From: Macrostomum lignano | Taxonomy: Eukaryota | Assembly (NCBI GenBank): GCA_002269645.1 | Contig: NIVC01000055.1 | Span: 62,001 to 126,000, forward strand | Direction: 5' to 3' | Length of the DNA stretch: 64,000 nucleotides | Shown here: positions 25,916-38,074 of the stretch, in pieces | How the letters are laid out: each line of letters starts with the position of its first letter | Numbering within the stretch: position 1 is the stretch's first letter | Program-made: the position numbers and the translations under genes | Notes under the pieces: generated by a model | What the model saw: the letters and a program-made list of their open reading frames with translations, nothing else | Database searches by the model: none | What the model was told of the DNA's origin: nothing

Positions 25916-27000
25916 CACTCAATCTCTCCCTCTCACCCCTCATTCACCCTCTCTCACTCCATTTCTCACTTCTTCCTTATCCACTCCATACTTCTCTCTT
26001 TTTCACTCTCTATTTTGCTTTCTCTCCTCAAGCCACTCGTATTCCTTCGCTTGCTCGATCGCATCCCCTTTTTAACTTAGTCTGTCTGCTGCGGGTCAGT
26101 GTTGGCAATGCTGCCGAGGTCTAATCAGCCAGAGTGGCTGGTTAAATATAGATGAGCTGCAGAGAGGAAAGCAAATTTTTAACTTGTTCTTTGTCCACTT
26201 TGTTCGCTTTGCTTGCGCAACCCAATTGCTTTGTTTTCTTGTCCGATATCTCTCACCGCCCGCATCTGTTCTGAAGGCTGTTCAATCATTGAATCGCTAT
26301 CCGCTCTTCGTCGCCACCTAACGGCAAAACTGCGAATGAGTGATGGTGCTGTGAGGCTGGCTGGGCTGACTTGACTAACCTGAGCACCAGTTGTTGAGTT
26401 ATGAATTATGAATTTCAAATTTGCGCTCTGTCAGTTTGTTGATGCTGTCTTCTGGTCTGATTTTCTTGTTGCTTCGAATTAATAGTTAATAGTTTGAGCG
26501 CCTGTCGCGCAGGTATATTAGTTTCGTCGGTATAGGCAACCGCGCTTCTCCACACCGCTCTCCAAGCTGGGTTACGTATTCGGAATCCCGGATGCTTAAG
26601 TGGGCCTGCAGGAAATTGCCGTCCCACCTGAGTCCTTCCTGTGCGACTTCCTGGGGCTGCTGTGCTGTCTTATCCCGAGTGTTGAGTCACCCTGTTCCCT
26701 TCTCTCTTTCTCTCTTCTAAGTCTTTGTAGTGGCTTGCGTGACGGAATGTGCGAATTTCCGAAACGGATTCAGGCCTTCGACTCGAATTTTCACCCTAAC
26801 AATATGCCACTCACTCATTTTCCATTGCGGAGTTATCCCGTCCGACAGTTTTATTGCTCTAATAGAGTGTGAAATAGTCTATTCTACTTAAATAAGTAGT
26901 TTGAGCTGTATATCAGCATGCTTACATGGGCTGGTAGCGAAGATGCACACGAACAGGTTCATAAAGGCACCATGCTCAAGCAGGGTTTCAACCGCCACGT

Positions 27001-27512
27001 TCAGTGAGTAGCATTGATATATGTAGGGATGCATTCAGTGAGTAGCATTGATAGATGTAGGGATGCATTCAGTGAGTGGTATTGATAGATGTAGGGATGC
27101 ATTCAGTGAGTGGTATTGATAGATGTAGGGATGCATTCAGTGAGTGGTATTGATAGATGTAGGGATGCATTCAGTGAGTGGTATTGATAGATGTAGGGAT
27201 ACATTCAGTGAGTAGCATTGATAGATGTAGGGATGCATTCAGTAAGTAGTATTGATAGATGTAGGGATGCATTCAGTAAGTAGTATTGATAGATGTAGGG
27301 ATGCATTCAGTAAGTAGTATTGATAGATGTAGGGATGCATTCAGTAAGTAGTATTGATAGATATAGGGATGCATTCAGTAAGTAGTATTGATAGATATAG
27401 GGATGCATTCAGTAAGTAGCATTGATAGATATAGGGATGCATTCAGTAAGTAGTATTGATAGATATAGGGATGCATTCAATGAGTAGTATTGATTGGCGT
27501 AGGGATGCATTC
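27001..27512. repeat. 34-bp minisatellite with CA-GTGAGT or CA-GTAAGT in every unit
   Basis: GATGCATTCAGTGAGTAGCATTGATAGATGTAGG. Confidence 0.93.
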
Positions 27513-28679
27513 ATACGAACTGTATCAAGAGTTACTACTAGTGTAAGTAGTGCATTCTGAGTATGCGCCTTCATTTCATTTTCGCAATTCCCCAAGCCCC
27601 ATCTTCATCAGTAAATTTTTCTATCTGAATATGCATTTGTCAGGAGACAGTGCACTTGAATATCAGGAATGCAGAGAAGCGAGTGCTGGGGCTCTGTGCA
27701 ATATATTCGTTTGGTTATAAAGTGTAACGATGGGCTATACAGATAATAGGGAATAATTTATCCTCATCTGGTTTCCAACTGCCTCCTGTTTTGTTGGTGC
27801 TTCCCGCCTTTCCCTGCGTCTCTCCTCTGGCCTCCTCTTCTCTGCCTCCGCCATCTTTTACCTCCCCCCTAGCTATCCGCTTCGAGTGCTCTGTTGCATG
27901 CAGGCCAATGCAGTGTTGCCCTGTGTTAAAATACGCTCTCCTGCCTTCCTTTTAGTGCATTTTATTTTCTAAGAAAGCCAGATTTTAAACTGCGGTAGGT
28001 GGCCCTCCGGTAGGGGTCGTATACTTATTGAACCCTATGTACTCTCTCTCTCTGCATACACATTGGCGTACATCGCAAAGTGGACGGAACAGGGAGCTGA
28101 GAGGGGGTCGGCAGCAACGGTCGCTTCCATGATGACGAACCCAGCGGCTGTGGCTTCTACCGCCCCCTCCCCCCAGCGAATGTGATGCGTCTTTGCTTGA
28201 TCGGAAATCCCCTATTTATCTATCCCCACGCCGCCTGTCTGTTATCCCATCTGATCTGATCGGTCTCAGCAGCTCTCTCTGATTCGAAGTGTGTCCAGCC
28301 GGGCCATGCATATATAGGATATATATATATAGAGGGGGGCTGAACGTCAGCCGAGGGAAATGATATGGCGAGATTAGCCGCAAAGTCTGCCGAGATTTGA
28401 AAATCTCCCGCGTGCCTTTCTCCCCTCTCTCTCTCCCTCTCTGCTTCCCCCTCCCCTATTCTGGCCTTCAAACCAAAACAACTCTTCCGGATTTTGCATG
28501 GCAACTGCCTGCCTATAGGGGGGGGGGTCTGAAATCTGAACTGCGGTCGGGGCGCTGGCATGCCATTGGAGAAATAGCTAACAAAAATAATGATAATTAC
28601 GAGTGCCGCATGTATTGCATCTCAGCAATACATGAGTGAGCCAACTCTCAGTGTGCCTGTGTTCAGTAATCATGGTTGC

Positions 28680-29025
28680 AACTCACACTGCTGTAACATG
28701 TGTAACAGCAATAGCGTCTGTCAGGCAATGCTGTACCCAGTGTCACACTGCTGTAACATGTGTAATAGCTACAGCATCTGTCAGGCAATGCTGTACCCAG
28801 TGTCACACTGCTGTAACATGTGTAACAGCTACAACATCTGTCAGGCAATGCTGTACCCAGTGTCACACTGCTGTAACATGTGTAACAGCTACAGCATCTG
28901 TCAGGCAACGCTGTACCCAGTGTCACACTGCTGTAACATGTGTAACAGCTACAGCATCTGTCAGGCAATGCTGTACCCAGTGTCACACTGCTGTAACATG
29001 TGTAACAGCTACAGCATCTGTCAGG
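28680..29025. repeat. 60-bp minisatellite
   Basis: TGTCACACTGCTGTAACATGTGTAACAGCTACAGCATCTGTCAGGCAATGCTGTACCCAG. Confidence 0.93.
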
Positions 29026-29244
29026 CTCTGTGGGCTCTGGGGTCAGTGCTTGGGGTGGGTTATTTGTCTGGTGAGGGTTTGCGTAATCTGTGTACATCGT
29101 TGCTCATTCTCTATTCCATTGTTCATGCCTTATCTCTGTCACCCACCCCAATTCTATGCTGCGATGCTTATTAAATGTGTTTCTGATCTAAGGTTAACTT
29201 CAAAAAATTTTTGTAACAACTTGAGAGCTAAAGCTATTGACTTT

Positions 29245-29640
29245 CAGTCACACTGCTGTATTGGTGTACTGCTGTAACACCTGCGTCGAAATGGTGTAAC
29301 CACTGTGTCACACTGCTGTAACATCTGCGTCGAAATGGTGTAACCACTGTGTCACACTGCTGTAACATCTGCGTCGAAATGGTGTAACCCTAGTGTCACA
29401 CTGCTGTAACATCTGCGTCGAAATAGTGTAACCCTAGTGTCACACTGCTGTAACATCTGCGTCGAAATGGTGTAACCACTGTGTCACACTGCTGTAACAT
29501 CTGCGTCGAAATGGTGTAACCCCAGTGTCACACTGCTGTAACATCTGCGTCGAAATGGTGTAACCCTAGTGTCACACTGCTGTAACACCTGCGTCGAAAT
29601 GGTGTAACCACTGTGTCACACTGCTGTAACATCTGCGTCG
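29245..29640. repeat. 44-bp minisatellite
   Basis: TGTCACACTGCTGTAACATCTGCGTCGAAATGGTGTAACCACTG. Confidence 0.93.
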
Positions 29641-29676
29641 ACAAAATAGGCTCCCCCCCTTGCATTCCGTTTCTAG

Positions 29677-29970
29677 AGCGCCTCTTCTAAAAGCGGAAGC
29701 GGCCACTCTCCGGCTCCGGAAAGTCGCCCCGGCCGGCTGTCCCGCGCCGCCTGCAGCCTCGGCATTGTCGGCAGCGGTAGCCGCCGCGCCCACTCTGTCG
29801 ACGCTCTGGACGGTCCGGCCACGCCGCCAGGCAGCGCTGGAGTCGGCGGAGCTTCGCCTCCGGTTTCGGCAACGCCTGGCAAATTGTCTACCGCCAATTC
29901 GCTGGACTTGGAATCCGCCGTGTTCTCCGTCACTGTGGAGCGGGCGGCTGCCGGCCCAGAGCCTGCTAGG
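29677..29970 (+). CDS. ARHGAP21/23: PDZ-PH-RhoGAP gene, exon 5 (further exons between 12 and 29.6 kb not excluded)
   Basis: Acceptor TTTCTAG| phase 0; 98 open GC-rich codons (SASSKSGSGHSP...PEPAR); donor AGG|GTGAGC phase 0. Confidence 0.65.
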
Positions 29971-29989
29971 GTGAGCCGCACTCGGGTGG

Positions 29990-30305
29990 ATGCTGTCACA
30001 GTCTGTGTGAAATGCTGTCACAGTCTGTGTGAAATGCTGTCACAGTCTGTGTGAGATGCTGTCACAGTCTATGTGAGATGCTGTCACAGTCTGTGTGAGA
30101 TGCTGTCACAGTCTGTGAGATGCTGTCACAGTCTGTGTGAGATGCTGTCACAGTTGGTGTGAGATGCTGTCACAGACTGTTTGAGATGCTGTCACAGTCT
30201 GTGTGAGATGCTTTCACAGTTTGTGTGAGATGCTGTCACAGACTGTGTGAGATGCTGTCAGTCTGTGAGATGCTGTCACAGTCTGTGTGAGGTTCTGTCA
30301 CACAG
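29990..30305. repeat. 22-bp minisatellite
   Basis: GATGCTGTCACAGTCTGTGTGA. Confidence 0.9.
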
Positions 30306-32011
30306 TAGTAGTACTAGTCTGTCAAAGGTGCTGTCACTTTGACAGTTAAGGGGGCCAATTTCATGTCAAACTGTTTCTGTCACATGCCTGACAGGCAGTG
30401 ATATTTTCCAACATCTTTGATCCCTGTGAGATGCTGTCACAGTCTGTGTGAGATGCTGTCAGACTGGCTAATGACACTATATTATGCCACGCCATTTTCC
30501 AATTTTCTATTCTGGCTCTCCCAGTTGGGGAAAAGACGCTTTCGTCTTTCGCACGCCGCCCCCCCCCCCCCAGCTCGCTTCATCTCGCCCCGGCCGTTGT
30601 CGTCCCCCTTCAGCCCATCAGTCTCACTAGTCTGGCTTCCCCTGTCTGCTTGCGCATGCCTTCGGCCTTCCGCCTTCGCCCTTCGCCCTTCGCCCTCGCC
30701 CTCGCCCTATCTTCACCTCCGGCTCCGGCCGCCATCCCCCCATTTCTGATTTGCGTCCCGGCAACCCCCCACCTAGCGGCTCATACTTTTCCTCTCTCGA
30801 CTCTCCTCCCCGCTGTGCGATCATTCCGAGTTAGCCGCGAAGAGACGAGATGAGAAAGGAAGCCGGCCTGCTTCTAGTGGCAGCCAGCATTGGCAAAACT
30901 AGCTCGTAGCTCTCTCTCACTCTCCCTCCCTCTGCCTTAAACGCGCCTCTGAGTTGCTTGAGTATTTCAGGCAAGACAGACAGACAGGCAGCGAGAGAGA
31001 GTGGGATAAATCCCGCGCAGACCTGATGGAAATGAGGCGGGAGTCTGACGCAGGAACTTCTTTTCCTTGCCCAGTAGTCTTATTGATGCGCTCTGCGCGA
31101 ACTCTACGTAGTTCTGCGTTCTGTTATTATAAAAGTTCCTTTTTAGAACCAAATAGGTGGGGGCTCAATTGTAGTTAAACGTACGTAAGAGTTGATTATA
31201 TTCCCTGTAGCATTGTTCCCTGTTCTCGTCGATAAGAGTGCACGCTGAGCACCTCTAAATATAGACTTTTGAGCGAGTATTTTTCATAGTCATACTTTGC
31301 TTGTCTCAGTGAAACGGCCCGCCTGCGGACCCGCCTGCTCTCTGAGACGCCACAGGGAGAGATGGCGATTTTTTTTTGGTTCGAGAAATGGAAATAGCGA
31401 GGGGGGTTGGCGCTCCGGCGTGGGCGATGCGGGCTGCGGGATTTTGCCCCCCCCCCCAGCACCCGAGCCTGCCCGGCCCGGCCCAATTTCTCTGGCGGCC
31501 TGGCAGGAGATTCGGAGGGAGCTGTTGGGGCAGGGAAGAGGGGAGAATTCATCTTCTACTACTATATGGAAGCGCAAATATCCCCTCCCCGCTCCCCCCA
31601 GCCCCTTCTTCTCTCGCCCTCTCTCGTCTCCGCTTAGCCACACACTTGCTGGCGGTCGGGCGCCTGCGCTCTTGCCCCACCGTTTCTCCCTGGCTGAAGC
31701 TCTCGCTTGCCTGCTCTCAAACTCGCTCTCCCCTCCTCTCCCCTTTCCTTTCGCCTTCATATCCCCAAAAATCCTTGCTCCACAATTCTCCCTCTCCTGC
31801 TGCCTTCCCATCCTCTCGCATTGGATTTCCACCCCCAACACTGCCGCCTCAAACTCTACCCTCCGACTCCCTCTGCCCGGTCTCTGTTTCCATTCCGCAG
31901 TTCAAACTGGAACCCCTCCCCGCCCTCCCCTATTCCATTCCCCCGGACCTCTCCCGATAATCTAAGCTGCTTCGGAGCGAGAGATTCCTTTCCTAGTCCG
32001 CCAATTCGCAG

Positions 32012-33718
32012 CCGGCCCATCCGCACGTGGCAACATTGCAGACATCGGCGGGCACAGCGGCGTCACTGTCTCAGACTCCTCCTTCGTCATCAACTCTAGC
32101 GCCATCAGCCGCAGCCGGTTCCTACAGCATCGATGCCTGGGTCCGAGTTGACCGGGACGCCAGCTTAACTGTGCTGCCAGTGTCTGGCGAGCAGCAGCAG
32201 CTCACTGTAGGCATCGGCAGAGACTGCTCCACCAGTTATAAGCGGCGCAAGCTGCGCCTCACAACGCCCGACTGGCAGTTGGTGTTCCGTCACGACGAGG
32301 ATCGCTACGTGAGGGCGCTGCAGGAGCGCCTGGCAGCTGGTCCGCCATTGACTCCCTCAAGGGCCCAGCAGCACCAGCAGCAGCATCAGCACCAGACTCG
32401 AAGATCCCGGCTGCAGCATCAGAGAATGCTCAATAGCGCCAGCGTTGATGAAACTGGCGGCGCCGGCAGCGGCGGTGGCGGCAGCGGAAGCGGCGTTGGC
32501 TCTCCCCGGCCGTTCAAGCTGGGCCTCCTGCGGAACCTGCGCACCAACCGGCTTTGGCCCGGCTCGCCTCCCCCGCCTGGCCGCTCCGCTGCCGCCTCTT
32601 CGTCCGCCTCATCCTCAGCCTCCGCCGCCGCATCGCACCGGCCCGGCTCCTACGGAGTGCCGCTGCACCTGTGCCCGATGGGCCCCGACGGTGTGCCGCT
32701 GATTGTGCAGCTCTGCTGCCGGGTGCTGGAAGCCGCCGGCCTGCGCCGCGAAGGCGTCTACCGGGTCAGCGGCAACGCGCGCAACATCGAAGCCTTGGAG
32801 GCCGAGCTGGCCAAGCCGCCTCACGAAATGGACCCGGCCTGCGAGCTCTGGCTTGAGCACAATGTTGTAGCCAGCGTGCTCAAACGGTTCCTGTTGCAGC
32901 TGCCGGACCCGCTGATCCCGGCCGTTTACTATAACGACTTTGTGAGCGCCCAGCAGCTGCACGAGCACAGCGGCCGGATGCTGAAGCTGCATCGCCTGCT
33001 CAGCATGATGGAGGAGCACGCCGAGCATCCGCAGCACAAATGCCACAGGCGCACACTGCAGTACCTGGTCGGACACCTGGCCAGGGTGGCCCAGCTCAGC
33101 GCCAGCAATCGGATGCGAGTCTACAACCTGGCCATGGTGTTCGCCCCGTCTCTGTTCGGCCAGCGGGCCCAGGAGACCCTGGTCTCCGACTCTGCTCACC
33201 TCATCGGCCTCACCAAGGCCATCATCGTGTACAGGGACTGGCTGTTCGCCGACTGGCAGACCGCCGACCTGTCCGTGCCCACCCAGCTGGACGATCAGGA
33301 GCTTGACGCTGATCCTTCCGCTGCCGCCGCCGCGTCTGTTGACGAAGCCGACTCGTCGGCGATCCCCGCAATCGACTCCTCCTCCCCGACGCCTGCGCCG
33401 CCACCGCCGCCGCCGCCGCCGCCAGCGTCGCCTCTGCAGCCGCAGCCGCCAGTCGACGTCGAAGAGGAGCACCGTCGGATTTTAAGCGTCGTTCGCAGCC
33501 TCCTTGCTGACTGGCAGCGTCAAATCGGCGCGGATTCGACTGCGGCTGCTAGCAGCAGCGAGGCGTCGCCGGTGCATCGCCGGCTGTCAACGGCTTCGTT
33601 GCGTCGTTGCGCCAGCATGAGCGACGAGGCGACCCAAAATGCGCCTGTGCCCGCAGCCGCAGGTGCCGCCGCCTCAGCGCCCGCCTCGACTCCTCCGTCT
33701 GGCGAACAGCCGCTTTGA
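32012..33718 (+). CDS. ARHGAP21/23: PDZ-PH-RhoGAP gene, terminal exon (PH-like plus RhoGAP domain)
   Basis: PH-like KRRKLRLTTPDWQLVF; RhoGAP YGVPLHLCP...VPLIVQLCC...GVYRVSGN (Arg finger present)...VVASVLKRFLLQLPDPL...NRMRVYNLAMVFAPSL. In-frame acceptors at 31996 or 32011. PDZ-PH-RhoGAP order matches ARHGAP21/23 and RhoGAP19D. Confidence 0.9.
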   Translation, partial: PAHPHVATLQTSAGTAASLSQTPPSSSTLAPSAAAGSYSIDAWVRVDRDASLTVLPVSGEQQQLTVGIGRDCSTSYKRRKLRLTTPDWQLVFRHDEDRYVRALQERLAAGPPLTPSRAQQHQQQHQHQTRRSRLQHQRMLNSASVDETGGAGSGGGGSGSGVGSPRPFKLGLLRNLRTNRLWPGSPPPPGRSAAASSSASSSASAAASHRPGSYGVPLHLCPMGPDGVPLIVQLCCRVLEAAGLRREGVYRVSGNARNIEALEAELAKPPHEMDPACELWLEHNVVASVLKRFLLQLPDPLIPAVYYNDFVSAQQLHEHSGRMLKLHRLLSMMEEHAEHPQHKCHRRTLQYLVGHLARVAQLSASNRMRVYNLAMVFAPSLFGQRAQETLVSDSAHLIGLTKAIIVYRDWLFADWQTADLSVPTQLDDQELDADPSAAAAASVDEADSSAIPAIDSSSPTPAPPPPPPPPPASPLQPQPPVDVEEEHRRILSVVRSLLADWQRQIGADSTAAASSSEASPVHRRLSTASLRRCASMSDEATQNAPVPAAAGAAASAPASTPPSGEQPL

Positions 33719-33769
33719 TGCTTCGTTTCTGCCAGCTGCCCTCAATTGGCACCCGCCGTTATACAGCTT

Positions 33770-34550
33770 TACTTTGATGTTTTCCGCCAGTTCAATTTCG
33801 TTTTGATGTTACCGCCAGTTAAACTTCTCTTTGATGTTTGCCGCCAGTTAAGGGTTCTCTTTGATATTTGCCGCCAGTTAAGGGTTCTCTTTGATGTTTG
33901 CCGCCAGTTCGAGGGTTCAATTTGATATTTGCCGCCAGTTAAGGGTTCTCTTTGATGTTTGCCGCCAGTTCGAGGGTTCAATTTGATGTTTGACGCCAGT
34001 TAAGGGTTCACTTTGATGTTTGCCGCCAGTTAAGGGTTCTCTTTGATGTTTGCCGCCAGTTCGAGGGTTCAATTTGATGTTTGACGCCAGTTAAGGGTTC
34101 ACTTTGATGTTTACCGCCAGTTTAAGTGTTCTCTTTGATGTTTTCCGCCAGTTAAGGGTTCTCTATTATGTTTGCCGCCAGTTAAGAGTTCTCTTTGGTG
34201 TTTGCCTCCAGTTTAAGGGGATCACTTTGATGTTTGCCGCCAGTTTAAGGGTTCACTTTGATGTTTGCCGCCAGTTCAAGAGTTCTCTTTGATGTTTGCC
34301 GCCAGTTAAGGGTTCTCTATTATGTTTGCCGCCAGTTAAGAGTTCTCTTTGGTGTTTGCCTCCAGTTTAAGGGGATCACTTTGATGTTTGCCGCCAGTTT
34401 AAGGGTTCACTTTGATGTTTGCCGCCAGTTCAAGAGTTCTCTTTGATGTTTGCCGCCAGTTCAAGAGTTCTCTTTGATGTTTGCCTCCAGTTTACGGGGA
34501 TCACATTGATGTTTGCCGCCAGTTTAAGAGTTCACTTTGATGTTTGCCGC
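33770..34550. repeat. 30-31-bp minisatellite just downstream of the RhoGAP stop codon
   Basis: TTTGATGTTTGCCGCCAGTTAAGGGTTCTC. Confidence 0.92.
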
Positions 34551-35967
34551 CTGTCGAGACTTTATTTTTTGCTGCCGGCCGATTTCTTTCTTTAATGTTT
34601 GCCGCCATTTGCCACTGTCTAGCCAAAAAGTGGACAGGGTACTTTATTGATTCCTTTCGATGTTATTTTGTTATTTTTATCGTTAGGTTTTTAAACCTTG
34701 CAGCAATTAAGATAAAGAATGCTGTAATTGAGGCGGCCCTAATTATTCAAAGTGTTATTCAAAGGTCAGCTTGTTTATTTTTTCTTGTTGTTTGAGTGAG
34801 AACTAATCTCAATCTGTAACTTTCTGGTCTGTGCATCGGCCGTACTCTCTCCCTTTGAATACGAACAAGTCACCAGTATCAGTTTTATATTATTTGTAAA
34901 GAAATTATGAGTCTTTTTGCGCCCTAAATTTTAGTACACAACATTTTTATAGATTTTTTGTTTCTCATGCTTTTAGCTAGCTTATATGTTACAGAGAATA
35001 TAAATTCGAGTATATTATTATTATTATTTAGGCGCTTGTGCATTCCATATCCGTACATTGGAATCCATATAGCTTAAATTTGTACTTTTATAAATCCTGC
35101 GAGTCGTGTTTGGGCATCTCGTGTTGCTTCTTTTAACCAACGCAGATCTTCTTTTGTCTGTCTTCTTTCGTCTGTTGCGCTGTATGCACTGGAGTTGAGC
35201 TTCAAATACTCGAATACTTAAATTTGATTTGCCAATGTATACACAGTAATCTGTGCTGGTCCGTTATCTTCCCTCTTCAAGTTAATCCTGCCCTGTAGTG
35301 TTTTAAGTTACTTTCGATACATATCGGTGTATCATAACTCAGTTCTAGCTGCCCCCTATCCTATCTACCTCTCTCCTAACCCTCTCCCCTGTCTATGTCA
35401 TTCGTCTAGGTTTGCTTTTTTGACATGCAGCAAAATCTACAAGATCAACTATCAGATGCATAAGTGCAGATGTACTATTTGTTACTGAGTCCCCGGAGTT
35501 TTGTTTAATGTCATCGATTTATTTAGCAAAAAAAGTTAATTATGGATTTAAGCGCCCAGGTTTATCATTTATGCATAGGAAAATTTGCCTGAGCTTTTAT
35601 TACGCTCCTTCATTCGTAGTCTCGAGTCGAGTTGTGTCGCTGGGTTTCAATGCATCAATATAATTTTTTTAGTTTAAATTTCAGACTAATATTAATTATA
35701 TTAACACTGCGTATTTGCCACATCTACTGTTAGTAATATGTCTATTTGTATATTTGTTTCTTGTCTCTGTCTCGATTTTTATGGTTTTTTATTTGCTTCA
35801 ATCTTCTCTAAACGAGTGCGCGTGGTTTGTATCATCGAAATACACAGCGGGCAGTGGCGGTGCGCCGTCTTGTCCTTTGGTCCATTTTATTTGAGCCATG
35901 TGTGCTCACTTTACTGCTGCCTTGATGTCTCATTGACTGCGATTGTGCGATTGTACCACCGCTACTC

Positions 35968-36768
35968 CTGCCCTGTACCCCACACTGCCACCCTGTACCC
36001 CACACTGCTGCCACCCTGTACCCCACACTGCCACCCTGTACCCCACACTGCTACCCCTCTGTACCCCACACTGCCACCCTGTACCCCACACTGCTACCCC
36101 TCTGTACCCCACACTGCTACCCCTATACCCCACACTGCCACCCCTCTGTACCCCACACTGCCACCCCTGTACCCCACACTGCTACCCCTCTGTACCCCAC
36201 ACTGCCACCCTGTACCCCACACTGCCACCCTGTACCCCACACTGCTACCCCTCTGTACCCCACACTGCCACCCTGTACCCCACACCGCCACCCCTCTGTA
36301 CCCCACACTGCCACCCCTGTACCCCACACTGCCACCCCTGTACCTCACACTGCCACCCCTCTGTACCCCACACTGCTACCCCTCTGTACCCCACACTGCC
36401 ACCCCTGTACCTCACACTGCCACCCCTCTGTACCTCACACTGCCACCCCTCTATACCCCACACTGGCATCCCTGTACCCCACACTGCCACCCCTCTGTAC
36501 CCCCCAACTGGCACCCCTGTACCCCACACTGGCACCCCTGTACCCCACACTGCCACCCCTGTACCCCACACTGCCACCCCTGTACCCCACACTGCCACCC
36601 CTGTACCCCACACTGCCACCCCTGTACCCCACACTGCCACCCCTGTACCCCACACTGCCACCCCTGTACCCCACACTGCCACCCCTGTACCCCACATTGC
36701 CATCTCTGTACCCCACACTGCCACCCCTGTACCCCACACTGCCACCCCTGTACCCCACACTGCCACCG
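35968..36768. repeat. 21-bp minisatellite upstream of dUTPase
   Basis: CTGTACCCCACACTGCCACCC. Confidence 0.93.
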
Positions 36769-36887
36769 GTGCCAGTGCTAAGATGTCCCCCCCTTATACT
36801 CATAAAATCGCAGGGGCAATTTTCCAAAAACTCAAGTCAACCAAGGCTGCTATTAAACTTGCTTTTTACAACCCAGCCGATACTAAA

Positions 36888-37421
36888 ATGGAAAACGCTG
36901 TGACCGCCGCATCGGCCTCGCCAATTCCGCCAGCCAAGCGAGCCCTGTCAGAGATTGATAATGTCAAGTCACCCCAGCAGCAGCCGCAGCAGCAGCAGCC
37001 TCTGCTGTTCAAGCGCCTGTCTGACAAGGCCCGGCCGCCAGTCAGAGGCTCCGCTGGGGCTGTTGGCTACGATCTGTGCTCAGCCGCTGACATGAGCATC
37101 CCTAGCCAGGGCAAGGCAATTGTGCCCACAGATTTGGCTGTGGCCATTCCGCCCGGCTGCTACGGCCGGGTGGCGCCCCGGTCAGGCCTGGCCGCCAAGC
37201 ACTTCATCGACGTTGGCGCCGGGGTTGTCGACCCGGACTATCGGGGCAGCGTCGGTGTTGTGCTGTTCAATCACGCCGCCGATGACTTCAAAGTGAGCGT
37301 TGGGGATCGAGTCGCTCAGCTAGTGCTAGAAATGGTTGCCACGCCGCCGGCTGTTGAAGTTGACGAGCTGGATGCTACGGTTCGCGGAGCTGGCGGCTAC
37401 GGTAGCACCGGAATGCAGTGA
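36888..37421 (+). CDS. DUT: dUTP diphosphatase (trimeric dUTPase), intronless CDS
   Basis: All five motifs present: [44 protein letters not shown]-terminal NLS-like PPAKRAL. Confidence 0.95.
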   Translation: MENAVTAASASPIPPAKRALSEIDNVKSPQQQPQQQQPLLFKRLSDKARPPVRGSAGAVGYDLCSAADMSIPSQGKAIVPTDLAVAIPPGCYGRVAPRSGLAAKHFIDVGAGVVDPDYRGSVGVVLFNHAADDFKVSVGDRVAQLVLEMVATPPAVEVDELDATVRGAGGYGSTGMQ

Positions 37422-38074
37422 GAAAATGCTCCAGTTGCACTACTGACCAGTCGGTTGTCAGTAGCATAATTAGCTCACTTTTTTATTCCCTATACTTTAT
37501 TCGGAAGTAAATATTTCTAGTGCGCTACTGATAAAGTCAGTAGAATAATACTAATGTTTTAACTATAACTCTACTACTCGTTGACTTTACAAGTTCATAC
37601 TTTAAAACTCGCCTATATGGTTTAATCCACTATTAAATTGCATTTTAACTTCTCGTATTTTTATTGTCCCAATTCGCACCTATGATATTACTAATAGTAG
37701 CTGTTAATTTCCTTTCTACTCTAAATACGTTTTTAAAGTCTTAGAATAATTTATTTTTGTAATAATTTTTGCACCTACTCGCCGCATTTATTCAATTCCA
37801 AAATTAATGCAGCTGCTCTACTCGTAAGTAGTATTGTTAATATCGTAATTGCAATTTATTACATAATTTCATTCGTTATATTGCTAGCTATTTTTCAAAC
37901 TTTTTCGGTGCTGCATTAGTATTAAAGCTTTTAGTTAAATATTACAACGAACTCAACTCACAATATATTCAATATACTCGTAACTTCAATTTTAATTCAG
38001 TTTATCTGGCACAAGCACCTCTGTTTATCCTTTTCAAATGTACTTTTAGGTGTCACACAGTTTTGGCGATTGGC

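Noticed and set aside
28590-29277. Cys-rich repeat ORFs resembling metallothionein or keratin-associated proteins
   Set aside because: They arise from the 60-bp satellite, are open in several frames on both strands, and have no splice or promoter support.
32615-33472. Antisense ORFs over the RhoGAP, Bora, Kirre and retroelement exons
   Set aside because: They are shadow frames of GC-rich coding sequence with no recognisable motifs.
35738-36887. 492-aa ORF as a large Cys/His/Pro-rich N-terminal fusion to dUTPase
   Set aside because: The upstream part is the 21-bp satellite; splice acceptors at 36782 and 36876 separate it from the real CDS.
36888-37421. dUTPase as viral or retroelement cargo
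   Set aside because: It has a cellular-type NLS-bearing N-terminus, no neighbouring gag, pol, LTR or viral genes, and codon style like the host genes.
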